DNA of 64,000 bases from Macrostomum lignano (Eukaryota): assembly GCA_002269645.1 (NCBI GenBank), contig NIVC01001391.1, positions 124,001 to 188,000 on the forward strand, given 5' to 3'. The notes under the pieces are model-generated. The model made no database searches. It was given only the letters and a program-made list of their open reading frames with translations, and had not been told where the DNA came from. Positions 20,869 to 32,488 of this stretch are shown here, piece after piece. The position numbers were made by a program, and so were the translations under genes. The first letter of the stretch is position 1, and each line of letters begins with the position of its first letter.

Positions 20869-21844
20869 ATGGCTTCCAAGACTCCCAGTCAAATTATTAA
20901 CACAATCAAGAGCAATAGCACCAAGGACACGGCCAACGCAGCAATCGCCATCTCAGAAACATCTGAGATGAACAAGTCACCTTATTGAAGAGCCTCCAAC
21001 AGGTTGAAGAGCAATCTTCAAAAAAAGAAAAAACGAACGACGATAGCGAGAACGAACGACGTGACGTACGTTTTATAGCTCGGTTAAAGGAAACCATGAG
21101 CAACATAAGGAATGAGGAAATCGTAATCCGGATAAGGTAAGTCTTTTGCTTATTATTTTTACTAGCTTGTTAGTGAAACATATTGAAAAAATTTCTCAAA
21201 ATTCTTGACTTAGTGATTTAAAAGTGATATAGATAGATTTGACGGACATTAGAGATTTATGCAAGCCTTTGACCTCATTATAATTGAATATTATTTCTTT
21301 TTTTAGATATAACGACCCCAAAGAGCTGTGCACAGCCGATGTGCCAGACGACGAAGAAGGCATGCGCTTGCAATACAGCACGCTGGACTTCTTTACCGCA
21401 GACGTTGAAGTTCTGGGGTGTCTAGCGACGAAAAAACAGGCTGAGGTTTTTGCCAAGTACAAGAACAAATTTGGTCCAACGACCGAAGAGACCGCTAGAC
21501 GTATAAATACTCCGGTAAAATTTGGTCAGCGGCTGCTTACATTTCATGGTTTAATTAGCAAGTTTCCCAACATCCTGTTCTCTGGCTACAGCATGAAGAC
21601 GTTGCTTGCATTCAAGAAGATTATCGAGAAAGAAGCCTTGGACGACGAGAACTTCCGGTGCAAGCTGGAAACAGACTTCACTTTAGTCTGGGAAGATGAC
21701 GAAGCGAAGAAAGCCTTCGGACGACGGAAAAATGAAGACAGCTGTTTAAACGTTGAAAAGGAAGAAGGAAGAAGAACGGGAGGTGATGCAAAAGAATGCT
21801 CACTTTCAGAGGTAGAACTGTCATGTCGTGCCTGTCTTTGTTGA
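20869..21844 (+). pseudogene. Unknown helical family member 2, with a GT-AG intron at 21137-21306
   Basis: Splicing gives IRIR|YNDPKELCTA..EVLGCLATKKQAEV..KFGQRLLTFHGLISKFPNILFSGYS. There is a 1-bp deletion at ~20968. Confidence 0.7.
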
Positions 21845-22140
21845 GGTGTGAAATCTCTTTGATTGATTCTATTCATTCGATCTGGAGTGTTGTTCTAAGC
21901 GTTGCCAGTTTGTTGGGTATTGTTTCTTATATTCAGCTACTTCCAAGAGGCCTCACTCCTCGAGTTGACCGAGAACTTGTTTTTCTGTGAAATGTTTCTG
22001 CTGTTGTGGCGGTTGCTGTTGTATTTGTTCTGTATATTTCATGACTTCCACCTGATCTGGCAAACCGAACCATTGTTTAAAGTGCTTGTACTTTTTTAAT
22101 TTTTAATCATTTCTTATTTATATTTTCTTTTAGTTAAAAA

Positions 22141-22527
22141 ATAAACGACCCACTGACACCAGTTTTCTACAAAATTAACAAGCCTATTTTGAGTGATGAT
22201 AGCACAATCAAAGCGACTCAGGTAAGATTTCCCAGTCAGGAAAATCAGAATGAAACTAATATTGGTCCTGGTCAAACACTGACATTCACTTACAATGGAT
22301 GTTCGTCTCTGGTTAGTGCGCACAGTCTTAAGAGCAGCTTTCATATGACATTTTAATTCAAGACAAAGGGTGGTGCGGATGCGGCTCATGCTAACGTTGA
22401 CAGGCATGATGCGGATTTGGCTCTGATCAGTAACTTTTGGGCATACATGTTCAAGGAGTTTAGTGTTAGTACTAATTACCATGTCTATCTTAACGACTTC
22501 CCTGGTTGGTCAAACATTCCAATGTGA
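22141..22527 (+). pseudogene. N-terminal fragment of the Polinton major capsid protein
   Basis: Frame not in the ORF track: PILSDDSTIKATQVRFPSQENQNETNIGPGQTLTFTYNG..(stop)..DLALISNFWAYMFKEFSV..DFPG. This fits the D-S-[IT]..[FY]xP..G..[IT]xF..N..xF pattern of Polinton MCP N-termini. Confidence 0.65.
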
Positions 22528-22639
22528 CGGCAGCAAATAATAACTTTTATTACAAATGAAAAAGTGCAGCAGCAGAAGCTGTGGTATTCCCTGTGAGCAC
22601 GCAGAGTGTGGATACCTACAATTACTTTCTAGAAAACTT

Positions 22640-23195
22640 CTTTACTAAGAGGCCATTTTGAGACACCTGATCCGAGTAGGCCAGACAAAAACTGTTCCCT
22701 GTCAAACTAACCTATGATCTCACTGTAATGAGAGTGGTCATGCAAGTTCACAAAGATGCGGAGGTTGAGTTTAAAGATGACACTTGGTATAGGGAATTGG
22801 GATTCGAGAAGAAAGTTTATAAGGTAGAATCCACGGCGCGGACCGACACTCAAGCGCCTAAATCATCGGGGGCCGTTAGCATGGCCCGGGAAAATGTAAG
22901 CGGTTTGTTCTTAGCACCCAATATTGCAGACATTGTAAAGGGTTTGAATATTCTAATCAGAAGTACTGTCAGTATTGATTGGGTATTTAAAGGAAAGCGA
23001 ACGAATATTTTGTACAACATCTGGAGGACAGCTGGAGGACAGATGCTGGTAGAGAAACCAAATCCAGTGAAAAGAGTTGTATTGAGTAATAAGGAGATTT
23101 ACGAGATTGTGCTACAGTTTAAAACTGAAGATGGGGTAGGTGTTGATTTCAACGGTGAAGAGTTTGTATTGACGTTAATCATTGAGAGAATGTGA
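22640..23195 (+). pseudogene. Minor capsid (penton-like) protein, 5' truncated
   Basis: RELGF..NILIRSTVS..GKRTNILY..GQMLVEKPNP..IYEIVLQFKTEDGVGVDFNGEEFVLTL. Confidence 0.8.
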
Positions 23196-23960
23196 GAAAA
23201 AACTACAATTGCTTAATGATTTCTGCAAAGTTATAGTAGCTGTCGTAATCTTTTACGTAGGTTACTCCATACTTAATAAACCAGTGTCTTTGGAGACCTA
23301 GATTAATATTAGGGACATTTATTGTGTGCTCGGGCCAATATTTTCTCATGTACTCGCTGCATTCTAGTTTGCATCGGTACTTACGAGTACTCTTGTAATT
23401 AGGCTCGTGCCTTTTGTAAAAAGAACCTGGAGAGACGAATGGAAGCATTTTTAATTGAGAATTTAATTTTTTCAAAGGGTAAGGACTCTGCGCCGAAGAT
23501 CTGGTTTCGCATTGCGAATTGAATGTGGGGAGAAGAATGCAGATTATTTTCTGATTGTTTCGAAGATGCTAGGGGTGGATGTCAGTGGATTATGTAGGAC
23601 ACCTGTTATGCTCTGATTCTTTCAGGGATAATATGGATGGATTTAGGAGGATTATGTTAGAAGTTTCCGGAACATGTGCGACCCCTTTTTCTGATTCTGT
23701 CAGGGATAATATGGATGGATTTAATGGGATTGCGTTCAAAGTTTTTGGAGCAAGTGCGACCCCCCTTTTTTCTGATTCTGTCGGGGATAATATGGATGGA
23801 TTTAATGGGATTATGTTTGAAGTTTTCGGAGCAAGTGCGTCCCCCTTTTTTTCTGATTCTGTCGGGGATAATATGGATGGATTTAATGGGATTATGTTCG
23901 AAGTTTTCGGAGCAAGTGCGTCCCCCTTTTTTGATTCTGTCGGGGATAATATGGATGGAT
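23190..23960 (-). repeat. Repeated module, copy 3, with about five to six ~61-bp tandem units
   Basis: The ORF at 23203-23475 is nearly identical to the one at 4450-4720. The unit GGATAATATGGATGGATTTAATGGGATTATG..TTCTGTC repeats over 23627-23960. Confidence 0.9.
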
Positions 23961-24255
23961 AGTAATATGTAAAATTACCGGACTAGATCTGAGAGCCCTT
24001 TTTAAATCGACATTTAGACGTCTAGTGGGGGAGTCTGGAGGGGGCACTAAAAAAACACTAAAAAACACCATTTAACCAATTTAATCAACCCAAAATCAGA
24101 AAAATTACCACAATAGACAAATCACCAAAACCAACTCTTAAAAACACAAGACAATCAGATTCTTACAAACTAAACCCCCAGACTTCCCCACTAGACGTCT
24201 AAATGTCGATATTAACCACAACTCCAACTCTAGTCCGGTAATTTTACATACTACT
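23961..24255. mobile_element. 295-bp fold-back with Polinton-type ends (AGTAATATG..CATACTACT)
   Basis: Arms AGTAATATGTAAAATTACCGGACTAGA / TCTAGTCCGGTAATTTTACATACTACT and ATCGACATTTAGACGTCTAGTGGGG / CCCCACTAGACGTCTAAATGTCGAT. No TSD. Confidence 0.75.
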
Positions 24256-24828
24256 ACCTAACCAACACATCTAACACCTCCAACACATCTAACACTTCCA
24301 ACACAACCAACAGATAGAAAAACTTACTTACCCCCGCCCGTGCCGCAGGCACGCGGACGAAGTCCGACCGCCCCGAAGGGGCTTGGGGTAGACAAGAGCT
24401 TTTTTAAAACTGATTCATAGGAAAGTTACGCTTAACAAAAAGTTACTCTCATAGTCACTATTGTTCATTTTTTCACAGAGAAAGGAAGCAACACAACTAG
24501 CTCAAACTGACTCACGCGCAGGGGGTGCAGAAAAAAGCTACCCGCGTGATTCAGAACTATAGTTAGTTGAGAAGCTGAGCACCACACACTACACACTTGT
24601 TAAGACGTGTTTTTTCAATAAAAGCAGACTGTCTCAGTGTAGTCTGTAGTTCAAGAAGTACGAGCGTACGAGTAGTTTGTAGTTTCCGCTAGCTTGCAAA
24701 ATCTTGCTGCAGCAGGAATTGAACGCCCACTCTGTCCCCAACTCTATAAAAACCACAGTAATCAACCCCGTTCTAGCTTATCTCTTAGAAAAAAAAACGA
24801 TTGAGCTTTTATTAAACATTATCTAAAA

Positions 24829-25669
24829 ATGGCTTTTTCTATGGATAAAAAGCGTCCTAGTAGGATTGTCGCCTCAATTAAAAGCATTAGCTCTAAAGAC
24901 CAAGCCAGATCTGCAGTTGTAGTTAGCCGCATGTCTGAAGAGGAGCAGGACTTGCTCTTAAAGCAGCTGGTGAAAATTGAAGCCGAGTCCGAAGACCGGG
25001 AGAAGAAAGAGAAGAAAAAAGAGGCCGATGCTAAAAGCATTAGAGAAAGTCGATTCATTAGTCGTCTTATTGAAAAAATGAGACAAGTGCAAAACGAAAG
25101 CTTTACCATCAAAACTCGGTAAGTTAAATTTTTTCGAATATTTTCACTCAATGAAAAACAATTTCCACTACTTAGTTCGTTTTATTTTAGGTTCAACAAC
25201 GCTAAGGAACTGTGCACCGCTCCAGTTGGCACCGATGAAGCTCAAATGATAGAACAATTCAATCACCTGGAAATTTATCGCGAACATGGAAGTATTAGGG
25301 TGTTTTGCTCGAAAGAAACGAGCGGAATTTGTTGTCGCAATGCGCGAAAAACTCGGCCTGAGCATCGAAGGCGTTTCGAAAAAACTGGCGATTGACGTAA
25401 AGTTCACCCAGCGCCTATTTACTTTTTCGGCGCTAATAACAGCGTACCCACTGCTGGTAATTTCTGGGTATTCTTTTGAAACCCTGCTGACTTTCAAAAA
25501 GGCAATTGAGAACCGAGCATCAGAAGACGAGAATTTCCGATGCAGCCTTGAACGCAACATCAACTATCACTTCGAAGGAGAGGACGATGATTTAATGCTT
25601 GATGACGCGGAAGAAGACACAATTTCCGCCATCTCAAGTGAAATGGAGGCGTCCACCATCCATGAATAA
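24829..25669 (+). pseudogene. Unknown helical family member 3, with a GT-AG intron at 25119-25190
   Basis: IKTR|FNNAKELCTA has the same intron position and phase as member 2. There is a 1-bp insertion at ~25272. Confidence 0.75.
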
Positions 25670-25903
25670 ATTTTTGACAAATGTCCAGAAAAAATTCTGG
25701 ATTTCCAAAAACACATTGAGTGTATATGACTACTATCATTGAATAAAAAGCTTCTATTGTGCTCCAGCGGGGCAGGTCATTGTGCCATCGGGCGCAGCCC
25801 GCGAACCATAGGTTCATTTTTGGATAGAGAATCGTTTAGTTTAGCCGTTTAGTTTCAATAGATGCAATGGCAGCGAAGATATTGCACTGCATTGCGCGTA
25901 TAT

Positions 25904-26140
25904 TTATACCAGTGAATACAGCGCGAGATTATTGAGAGGTTGAGGGAGGTGCGCACATGTGGCGTGGCTAAAGGATTTATGTAGCATTATTTCATCACCA
26001 ATCTGCGGAGCTGCCACTTCATCATCTGTGGACTCTGCTATAGGCCTATTATCTGTGGGCTTTTGCTGCTGACGCCGAAGCCGCTCAGCTTGAACGTATT
26101 GTTCAAATTCTTCATCACTAATCTCTCTGAGTTGTTCCAT
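25904..26140 (-). CDS. Hypothetical 78-aa protein
   Basis: ATG in an AAAAATGG context and a charged helical N-terminus; no family recognised. Confidence 0.3.
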   Translation of the reverse strand: MEQLREISDEEFEQYVQAERLRRQQQKPTDNRPIAESTDDEVAAPQIGDEIMLHKSFSHATCAHLPQPLNNLALYSLV

Positions 26141-26886
26141 TTTTTATAAAATAAATATAGCAATAAAATCTTCTTGCTTAATTTCTGTTTTGCATTGTGT
26201 CCGACCGAATTCGACATGAGGGGGGGGGCTATTGTTCGTATGTAAATCTTTACCTAGTTTCTCATGTTCCAGTGCTATAAAATCTCTCCATGTATTAACC
26301 TATCGCCCCTAGGGTCGCGAGCATTGTTCAATTGTATCTTACCTGGCCCACTTCATATCTTTTTACAACTAGAAAGAGGGTAAACACAAAAGACTTGCAT
26401 GAGCCACTCCTATTGGATGCCAAAACCAAACACTTTTTGGCAGAAATTTTGGTTTTGGCAAAAATTTTGGCAGCCAATAGGAATGTTGAGTGCTGTGGTT
26501 ATGTATAATTAGTTTTGTGAGTTCCTGCGAGAGCTTGTTTGACCATACGCTTCACTCAGTCTGGGTTCCACACGGCGTTAAAGCTAAGTCACAATATACA
26601 AATTAGTTTCAGGAGAAGTTCTCGTACTGAATGTCTAAAGCAGTTCCTAGAAATTGTGGTTTATTAATGGCCATTTTATGACGAAAAATTAAGCAATATC
26701 AAATTTGATGACAGTTTCAAATTGTTTACACCTGAAATGGCATTGAGATGAACCAACGATTCCAAAATAACTATTGATTTTAGAGCTAGAATTGTGCAAA
26801 TGACACTGTTTCAAAATTATTGAAAAAAAAATCCCTAAAATCACTGTTTTAAGACCATTTTCACCTTTTTTAGTGAATTTCAAGGT

Positions 26887-27279
26887 ATGCTTTGCGCTCA
26901 AACCTACCCATCCGATACCACTCCTGCCGATGATGAAGGCGGTGATGTGGTAGAGCGTCTGCAGTGCGCTCTGCTTCGTTTGAGAATGTCGCAGAAGAGT
27001 AGTCTGCTTCATGCGACCCAATGTGGAAAAATCTTGTTGACATTTAAAGCCAGTAACCACAACTACGGTAGGAAGGCACGAAAACAGCATTTTGACTGTC
27101 TTTTTGATCGAGTAAACCTCAATGTTTCGTCAGCAAATTTTTATATGAAGTAATTCAAGCTGGAAAGTGAATACTCTGGTCTTAAGCAAGTCTCCCTGCC
27201 GCTTCGTGATTTGAACACTAATATGTTAATATTAGTTGAAATCCTTGAGGATGATCAGTCATGGAAGCAACTTGTCTGA
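26887..27279 (+). pseudogene. Unknown helical family member 4 (in-frame stop at 27151)
   Basis: QCGKILLTFK..LNVSSANFYMK*FKLESEYSGLKQVSLPLRDLNTNM..EDDQSW. Confidence 0.55.
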
Positions 27280-27539
27280 AAATAGACACTCTAGCCTGCT
27301 TTGGATTGGTCAGAAAAGGTTAACGCGTTGGCTTTTTCCCTATTGCAGAACACACGAGAGAAATAGTTGTATATGGTATCGTAATAATTTTTGTAAAATA
27401 TTTTTGTAGTATACGGACGCTCTAGCTTGCTTTCGATTGGCCAGGGGACAAAGAAATGCCAGGGGACCATGCAAGATCTGACAGGTTTTATCGATTCCAT
27501 CGATCAATTTATTGTTGAGGAGCATAAGGATGACGGTAA

Positions 27540-28137
27540 AGAAGACATGGTTCGAGAACTCCCCGAAAATGGAGGAGGTCTCCCAACAAAGACCCTCCTG
27601 CCAGTACGGCCACGGCATATGTTTTACGTGTTTTGACACGGGCCTAATACACCAGTGCCCCTTGTATCGAGATCCTCTTATCTATTGCATTTTCTGCGGC
27701 ACGGACCCGCAAATCCGACTATGCAGCTCCAAACAATGGAGCTGCTTTACGTGTCTCCAACGGCTGGCCGGAAGGAAAATTACATACTGCCCAATGTGTA
27801 TGGGTCCCTTTGAGGACACGGCAACTGACATCAGCCGCTTCACGCCTGAGCGATCCGGCTGTGCTTCACAAACATTAACGAAATGACGGCGCAGGAGATC
27901 GCTGCCAACATTCACGATTGGCCGGTACCCGCTAGTTACCAAGACACCCGGCGACGTCTACTAAGCATGGGACGCTACTATGCTCAAAGTAACAGCCAAG
28001 TGACGACGGAAGCGATTTACCAACACCTTCTGGAGGCCACCGAACACACGGAATACACGGCCCTCCAGCCGCTCATCTGGCCAGTGGCGGTATTGGCATT
28101 TCGTGCCCGGCGCCTGATACACGGATTCCTAAGGTAA
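27540..28137 (+). pseudogene. Tandem-RING protein paralog, disrupted
   Basis: CQYGHGICFTC..CPLYRDPL..CIFC..CFTCLQRL..YCPMC, then EIAANIHDWP..RRRLL..LIWPVA, colinear with 32484-33119. Confidence 0.8.
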
Positions 28138-29206
28138 CTTTTTTGAAACATAAAACAACCAAACACCACTCACTATAAGGCCTATTCTCCTAGCTAACTT
28201 CATTAATGTTACAAACGCATGTAAAGCCATTACTTGATTCGTTTATCTCATTAATTGCTGATATTACTGTAAAAACATTCGTTTATCTCATTACTTGCTG
28301 ATATTACTGTCAAATCATTCATTTATCTCATTACTTGCTTATATTACTGTAAAAGCATTCGTTTATAAATAAAATTACGCCTGCAACATTTTAAACAAAA
28401 TACCACTCTTCTTTAATAATGTGTTAAAAATTCGGGACGAAATTCTTGTAAAAAAGAGACATATTGTAAAGATCTAAAAACTTAGTAGCCTACTAAAAGT
28501 AGTAAGATAAAACTATGAATAAAAATTTAAGAATAGCTGTGCGTCATACTCTATTTTTTCTAATACCAGTAATATCGCGAAAACAGCGAGTGACTATGCT
28601 ATTGTCCGAAAAACCGGTTCTCGACATCTATTTTCAGAACTTCAAAATATGGTAAATGTTAACCTGAATGTAACATAATTCTCACTCTTTTCTATTCAAA
28701 AAACCGCACCTATCAAATAATAAAAAATTTTTCGTGAACTCATCAAATAAACCGGTTTTGAGCTCAAGGTCAACTCAAGGCCGACAAATTGTGCATAAAT
28801 ATAAACGCAAAATCCGAGCTGAAATCTCAGACTCGGAGCAGCCTCCAAAAAGCTTTGGCTCTGCAAGAGCAGCCAAACGAGGCGACATCTCTGAGGAAGA
28901 GATTAAATATCAATTGGTAAGCTTTGTTCGAGTCTTCGTTAGTAGTAATAGAAAATTACGTCCATACCCCATCTTTCAATTGCAAAACACGTAATAAGGT
29001 ACCCGTCAGAAATTTTATTACGCACATACCCTATTTTTCTATTAAAAATCAAGTAGTAAGGTACCGAACCAAACGGTAGGGTATTCTACAGGAATTGTAA
29101 CTACACTGCACCGCACCCACAAAGAATCCAAAAGAAGAAAAGATCTCAATTTCGATCAACCAACTAACCAACTTGTCCAAAAACGCACTTTCGGTATATT
29201 TCTGCA

Positions 29207-29600
29207 TTACAAAAACAGAGGCAACACATGTGCTGCAAAGCGTCGTAGGCAAAAATACGCGCGCCGAAATTCATTCCTTCGCCGAGACCCACAACCAAGA
29301 ATACGCGTTAAAAAGAATCGAAGGCTACCACCACCAGTCAGTTTGAAATACAAATAAAACAACACCCAAATACCGCAATGACCAGTCCGAGGATCCTGAA
29401 TAGCAAATCGGCTGTAGGACCAATTTTGAAAATCCCCACATTCTCGCCCCAACCACCGTCTAATATTTTCCGGTGGATTTAAACCAAGCGAATCAAAATA
29501 TTCCCCGACTCTTCGTCCACGGCGCCCCCTTACCCGCCTGCTACTCACCCAAACTGCAACCCAATGCCTACCAGGAAGATTCGAAGTGTCTGTATTCGCT
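29207..29600 (-). pseudogene. Adenain/Ulp1-like maturation cysteine protease, 5' truncated
   Basis: NTDTSNLPGRHWVA (His), EYFDSLG (Asp), IQDPRTGHCGIWVL (Gln/Cys). Confidence 0.92.
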
Positions 29601-29920
29601 TGGCTAGGAAAAAGCAAGCTGAAGTCTTGAATCTACTGAAAGAACATCTTGGCTTATCTACCGAAGACACTGCCAAGCGTCTCGACATTCCAACAAAGTT
29701 CGGGCAGCGCTTGTTCACATTTCATTCCCTAACAACAAAGTACATGAACATCGTTTTTTCGGGTTACAGCTTCGAGACGCTACTAACATTCAAGAAGACA
29801 ATTGAAAAGGAAGCCGAAGACGATGAGAATTTCCGGTGCCAATTGGAGAATGCGCTTAACATCGTGTTCGAGCATGAGAAGGAAGAGAAGGACTTGCTGG
29901 ATGAGATCGATAAAATGTAA
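29600..29920 (+). pseudogene. Unknown helical family member 5 (C-terminal half)
   Basis: LARKKQAEV..KFGQRLFTFHSLTTKYMNIVFSGYSFETLLTFKK..DDENFRCQLE. Confidence 0.75.
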
Positions 29921-32099
29921 GTTTTATCGACAAATGAAGGCTAAGAGTGACATTTTGAGCATTTTTTTAAATTAACAAATTCTGGAAAAAATCTGGATTT
30001 CCAGAATCGGTTGGTTAGTTTGTATATTTGGACAGCAGGCCGGGCTTCCACAGACGCAGGTGCTTGACACCGTGGCCAGGGCCGTGTGCGTGGTGACTGC
30101 TTATACGCCGCGGCGGCTGATGACGAACGCCCGGATTGATGAAATCAGGACGGTGTGCCGAGCGGAGGGAATTAATCTACTCGGACGACACGGGACGGGG
30201 ATACCCGCGACGGCGTCGGGACTACCATCCGACCGCCGCTGCACTTCTTTGGACGGTGCTGGCTACTGCCGCCACTTGAGGTCCGACGGCTCCGTGTCCA
30301 TTGAGAGTGTGGCCAGATTCCGGGTGGACGAGACTGCGAATAGTTTTAAGATGGTATACATGCGCGCTCCGCCGCGGGTGCGTCGCCGAGATCCTTAAAC
30401 TTAAGGGGGAGCGTGGACGAAGAGTCGGGGAATATTTTCATTCGCTTGGTTTAGAAATATACTGAAAATGCGTTTTTGGACTAGTTGGTCAGTTGATCGG
30501 ACTTGGGATCTTTTCTTCTTTTGAATTATTTGTGGGTACCGTGCAGTGTAGTTGGATTTCCTGTAGAATACCCGACGATTTGGTTCGGTACCTTTTTGAA
30601 CAAGTTGCTTCGTGGATCGAAATTGAGATCTTTTCTTCTTTTGATTTCTTTGTGGGTACGGTGAGGTGTAGTCAGACTTGCTGTTGTATACCCTACCATT
30701 TGGTTCGGTACCTTACTACTTGATTTTTAATAAAAAAGGGTATGTGCGTAATAAAATTTCTGACGGGTACCTTATTACGTATTTTGCTATTGAAAAAATG
30801 GGGTATGGACGTAATTTTCTATTACTACTTTCGTTATTTTGATTATTGAGAGCGATTGATATTGCCGGCCGTTACTGTTCAGTTGATTTTATTGAGTTTG
30901 AGGCCTCCCTTTTCCCAAGGGATTGGATTGCTCTCTATTAGAGCTGAAGAAAATAACATTAAGAGTATTTTCTGAACCAAATATGCTAGTTCATCATTTG
31001 CTCTCTCAACTAAAAAACCCAACTATGTTCGTCAATCATTATCGAGAAAATCAGGAACTAATTTCTAACGATGTTCGTCTTCTTATCTTACTAAAGATGT
31101 TGAATAAGGAACGGGCTGCACTGCAAGTACAACGAGAAATTGAAACTGCGGAGACAATGAATAATGTGACAGTCACTCAAAATGACACCAAATTAAACTT
31201 AAACATGAGCGATCAAGCAGGGAATGGACACTAATGTTATGTGTGAAATCGAAGAGTACAAAGACGGATTTTTGTTATATACCATCAGATGGTAATTTTT
31301 TCTATAAAAGTGTCAAGTTTGCTTATGGTGATAAAGCCCCAACTAAAGACTTGTTTTTATGACTCTATAACTTAAAGAGGCACCATGACAAATTCAAAAA
31401 TAGAACGTTTAATGAGCATTTAAATTCGAATATGGGGGTTATATAACCTAACCAATCGCGCTATTGAACGAAAGTCCCAAAAAATCAAACTCGAATGGTT
31501 ATTAATAAATAATTTAGATTCGACAGATTATCACATAGGTCATTATTGTTTGATCAGGAATTCACAAGAGGGCTTGGTCTTCAACATATCAGCGACAACT
31601 ATAAATTAATTTACAAAACTCCAACTACTGAAAACATTTCTAGGATAGAAGTGTTCGATCACCAACTTTGGCAACTAAAACAAACGTCTATATATTTGAT
31701 TTTGAAACATAATTTAAAATACAGGAAGTAGAGGAAGACTACAGGAAGCAAACAGAGAGTACGGAGACTGAACCAATCGCGGCTAGAGAACCATGACTGC
31801 CTTTCCTGTCGAAGCAGTTCTGACGCTGAGCCATCTGGCTGACGGAGCAAGACTACACATTGGGGAGAAGTCAACAAACGGCGAATGCTTCTTCCGATCT
31901 GTGACGTGGACTCGGCCGGGGGAGAAGAAGCGCCAACGAGTAAAAACAGAAAATTCATTGTTTCCTAATTCTTCCCAACTTTCAGCCACAACAACAATTT
32001 CAGTGGAATCGGGGCTGATGAAACATCAAGCAACGGAACAGCAAGTTGTTGGTGAGACGACTAATACCACCTCGTCACCGAAACGTCTGCCTGCGCTAT

Positions 32100-32319
32100 T
32101 GTAAGTAAAGCGGCTGCGGGAGTGTGCCGTACTTCCTCTGTACAACCTCCTACAAACGCCCTTCCTGCGGAGGAAATCTACCTCAACCTACTTCACGAGA
32201 CCAACACTCGGGAGTACGCAGCCGTTCAACACCTCATTTGGCCCATAGCATTACTAACGGCAAGTATCAATAATTACTTTATCACAACGCTCAACGACCA
32301 CTTTGCTTCTTGCTACTAA
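32100..32319 (+). pseudogene. C-terminal fragment of a third RING-family paralog
   Basis: AEEIYLNLLHETNTREYAAVQHLIWPIA matches the C-terminal domain of the other two copies. Confidence 0.6.
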
Positions 32320-32446
32320 ACATTCACATAGCTTAATTGACTATACCTTCCACTAAATATGGCCACATAGAAAACAGCATTGTTTCTGCGCACCAATCAC
32401 AAACAATAACCATCGAAACACCCGAGTCCACTACAATTAGTCTACG

Positions 32447-32483
<37 letters not shown>

Positions 32484-32488
<5 letters not shown>

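Larger units (their letters stand above)
28941..30829. mobile_element. Non-autonomous mini-Polinton C, 1,889 bp, with TIRs and 6-bp TSD TTCGTT
   Basis: Starts AGTAGTAATAGAAAATTACGTCC and ends GGACGTAATTTTCTATTACTACT. TTCGTT lies at 28935-28940 and 30830-30835. TIRs are ~260 bp, and the right one has an internal ~135-bp duplication. Confidence 0.9.

Noticed and set aside
28498-28520. AGTAGTAAGATAAAA as another Polinton left end
   Set aside because: No matching right end, TIR or TSD was found.
30060-31731. ORFs 30060-30398, 30923-31234 and 31546-31731
   Set aside because: Possibly viral remnants, but no recognisable motifs and uncertain starts.
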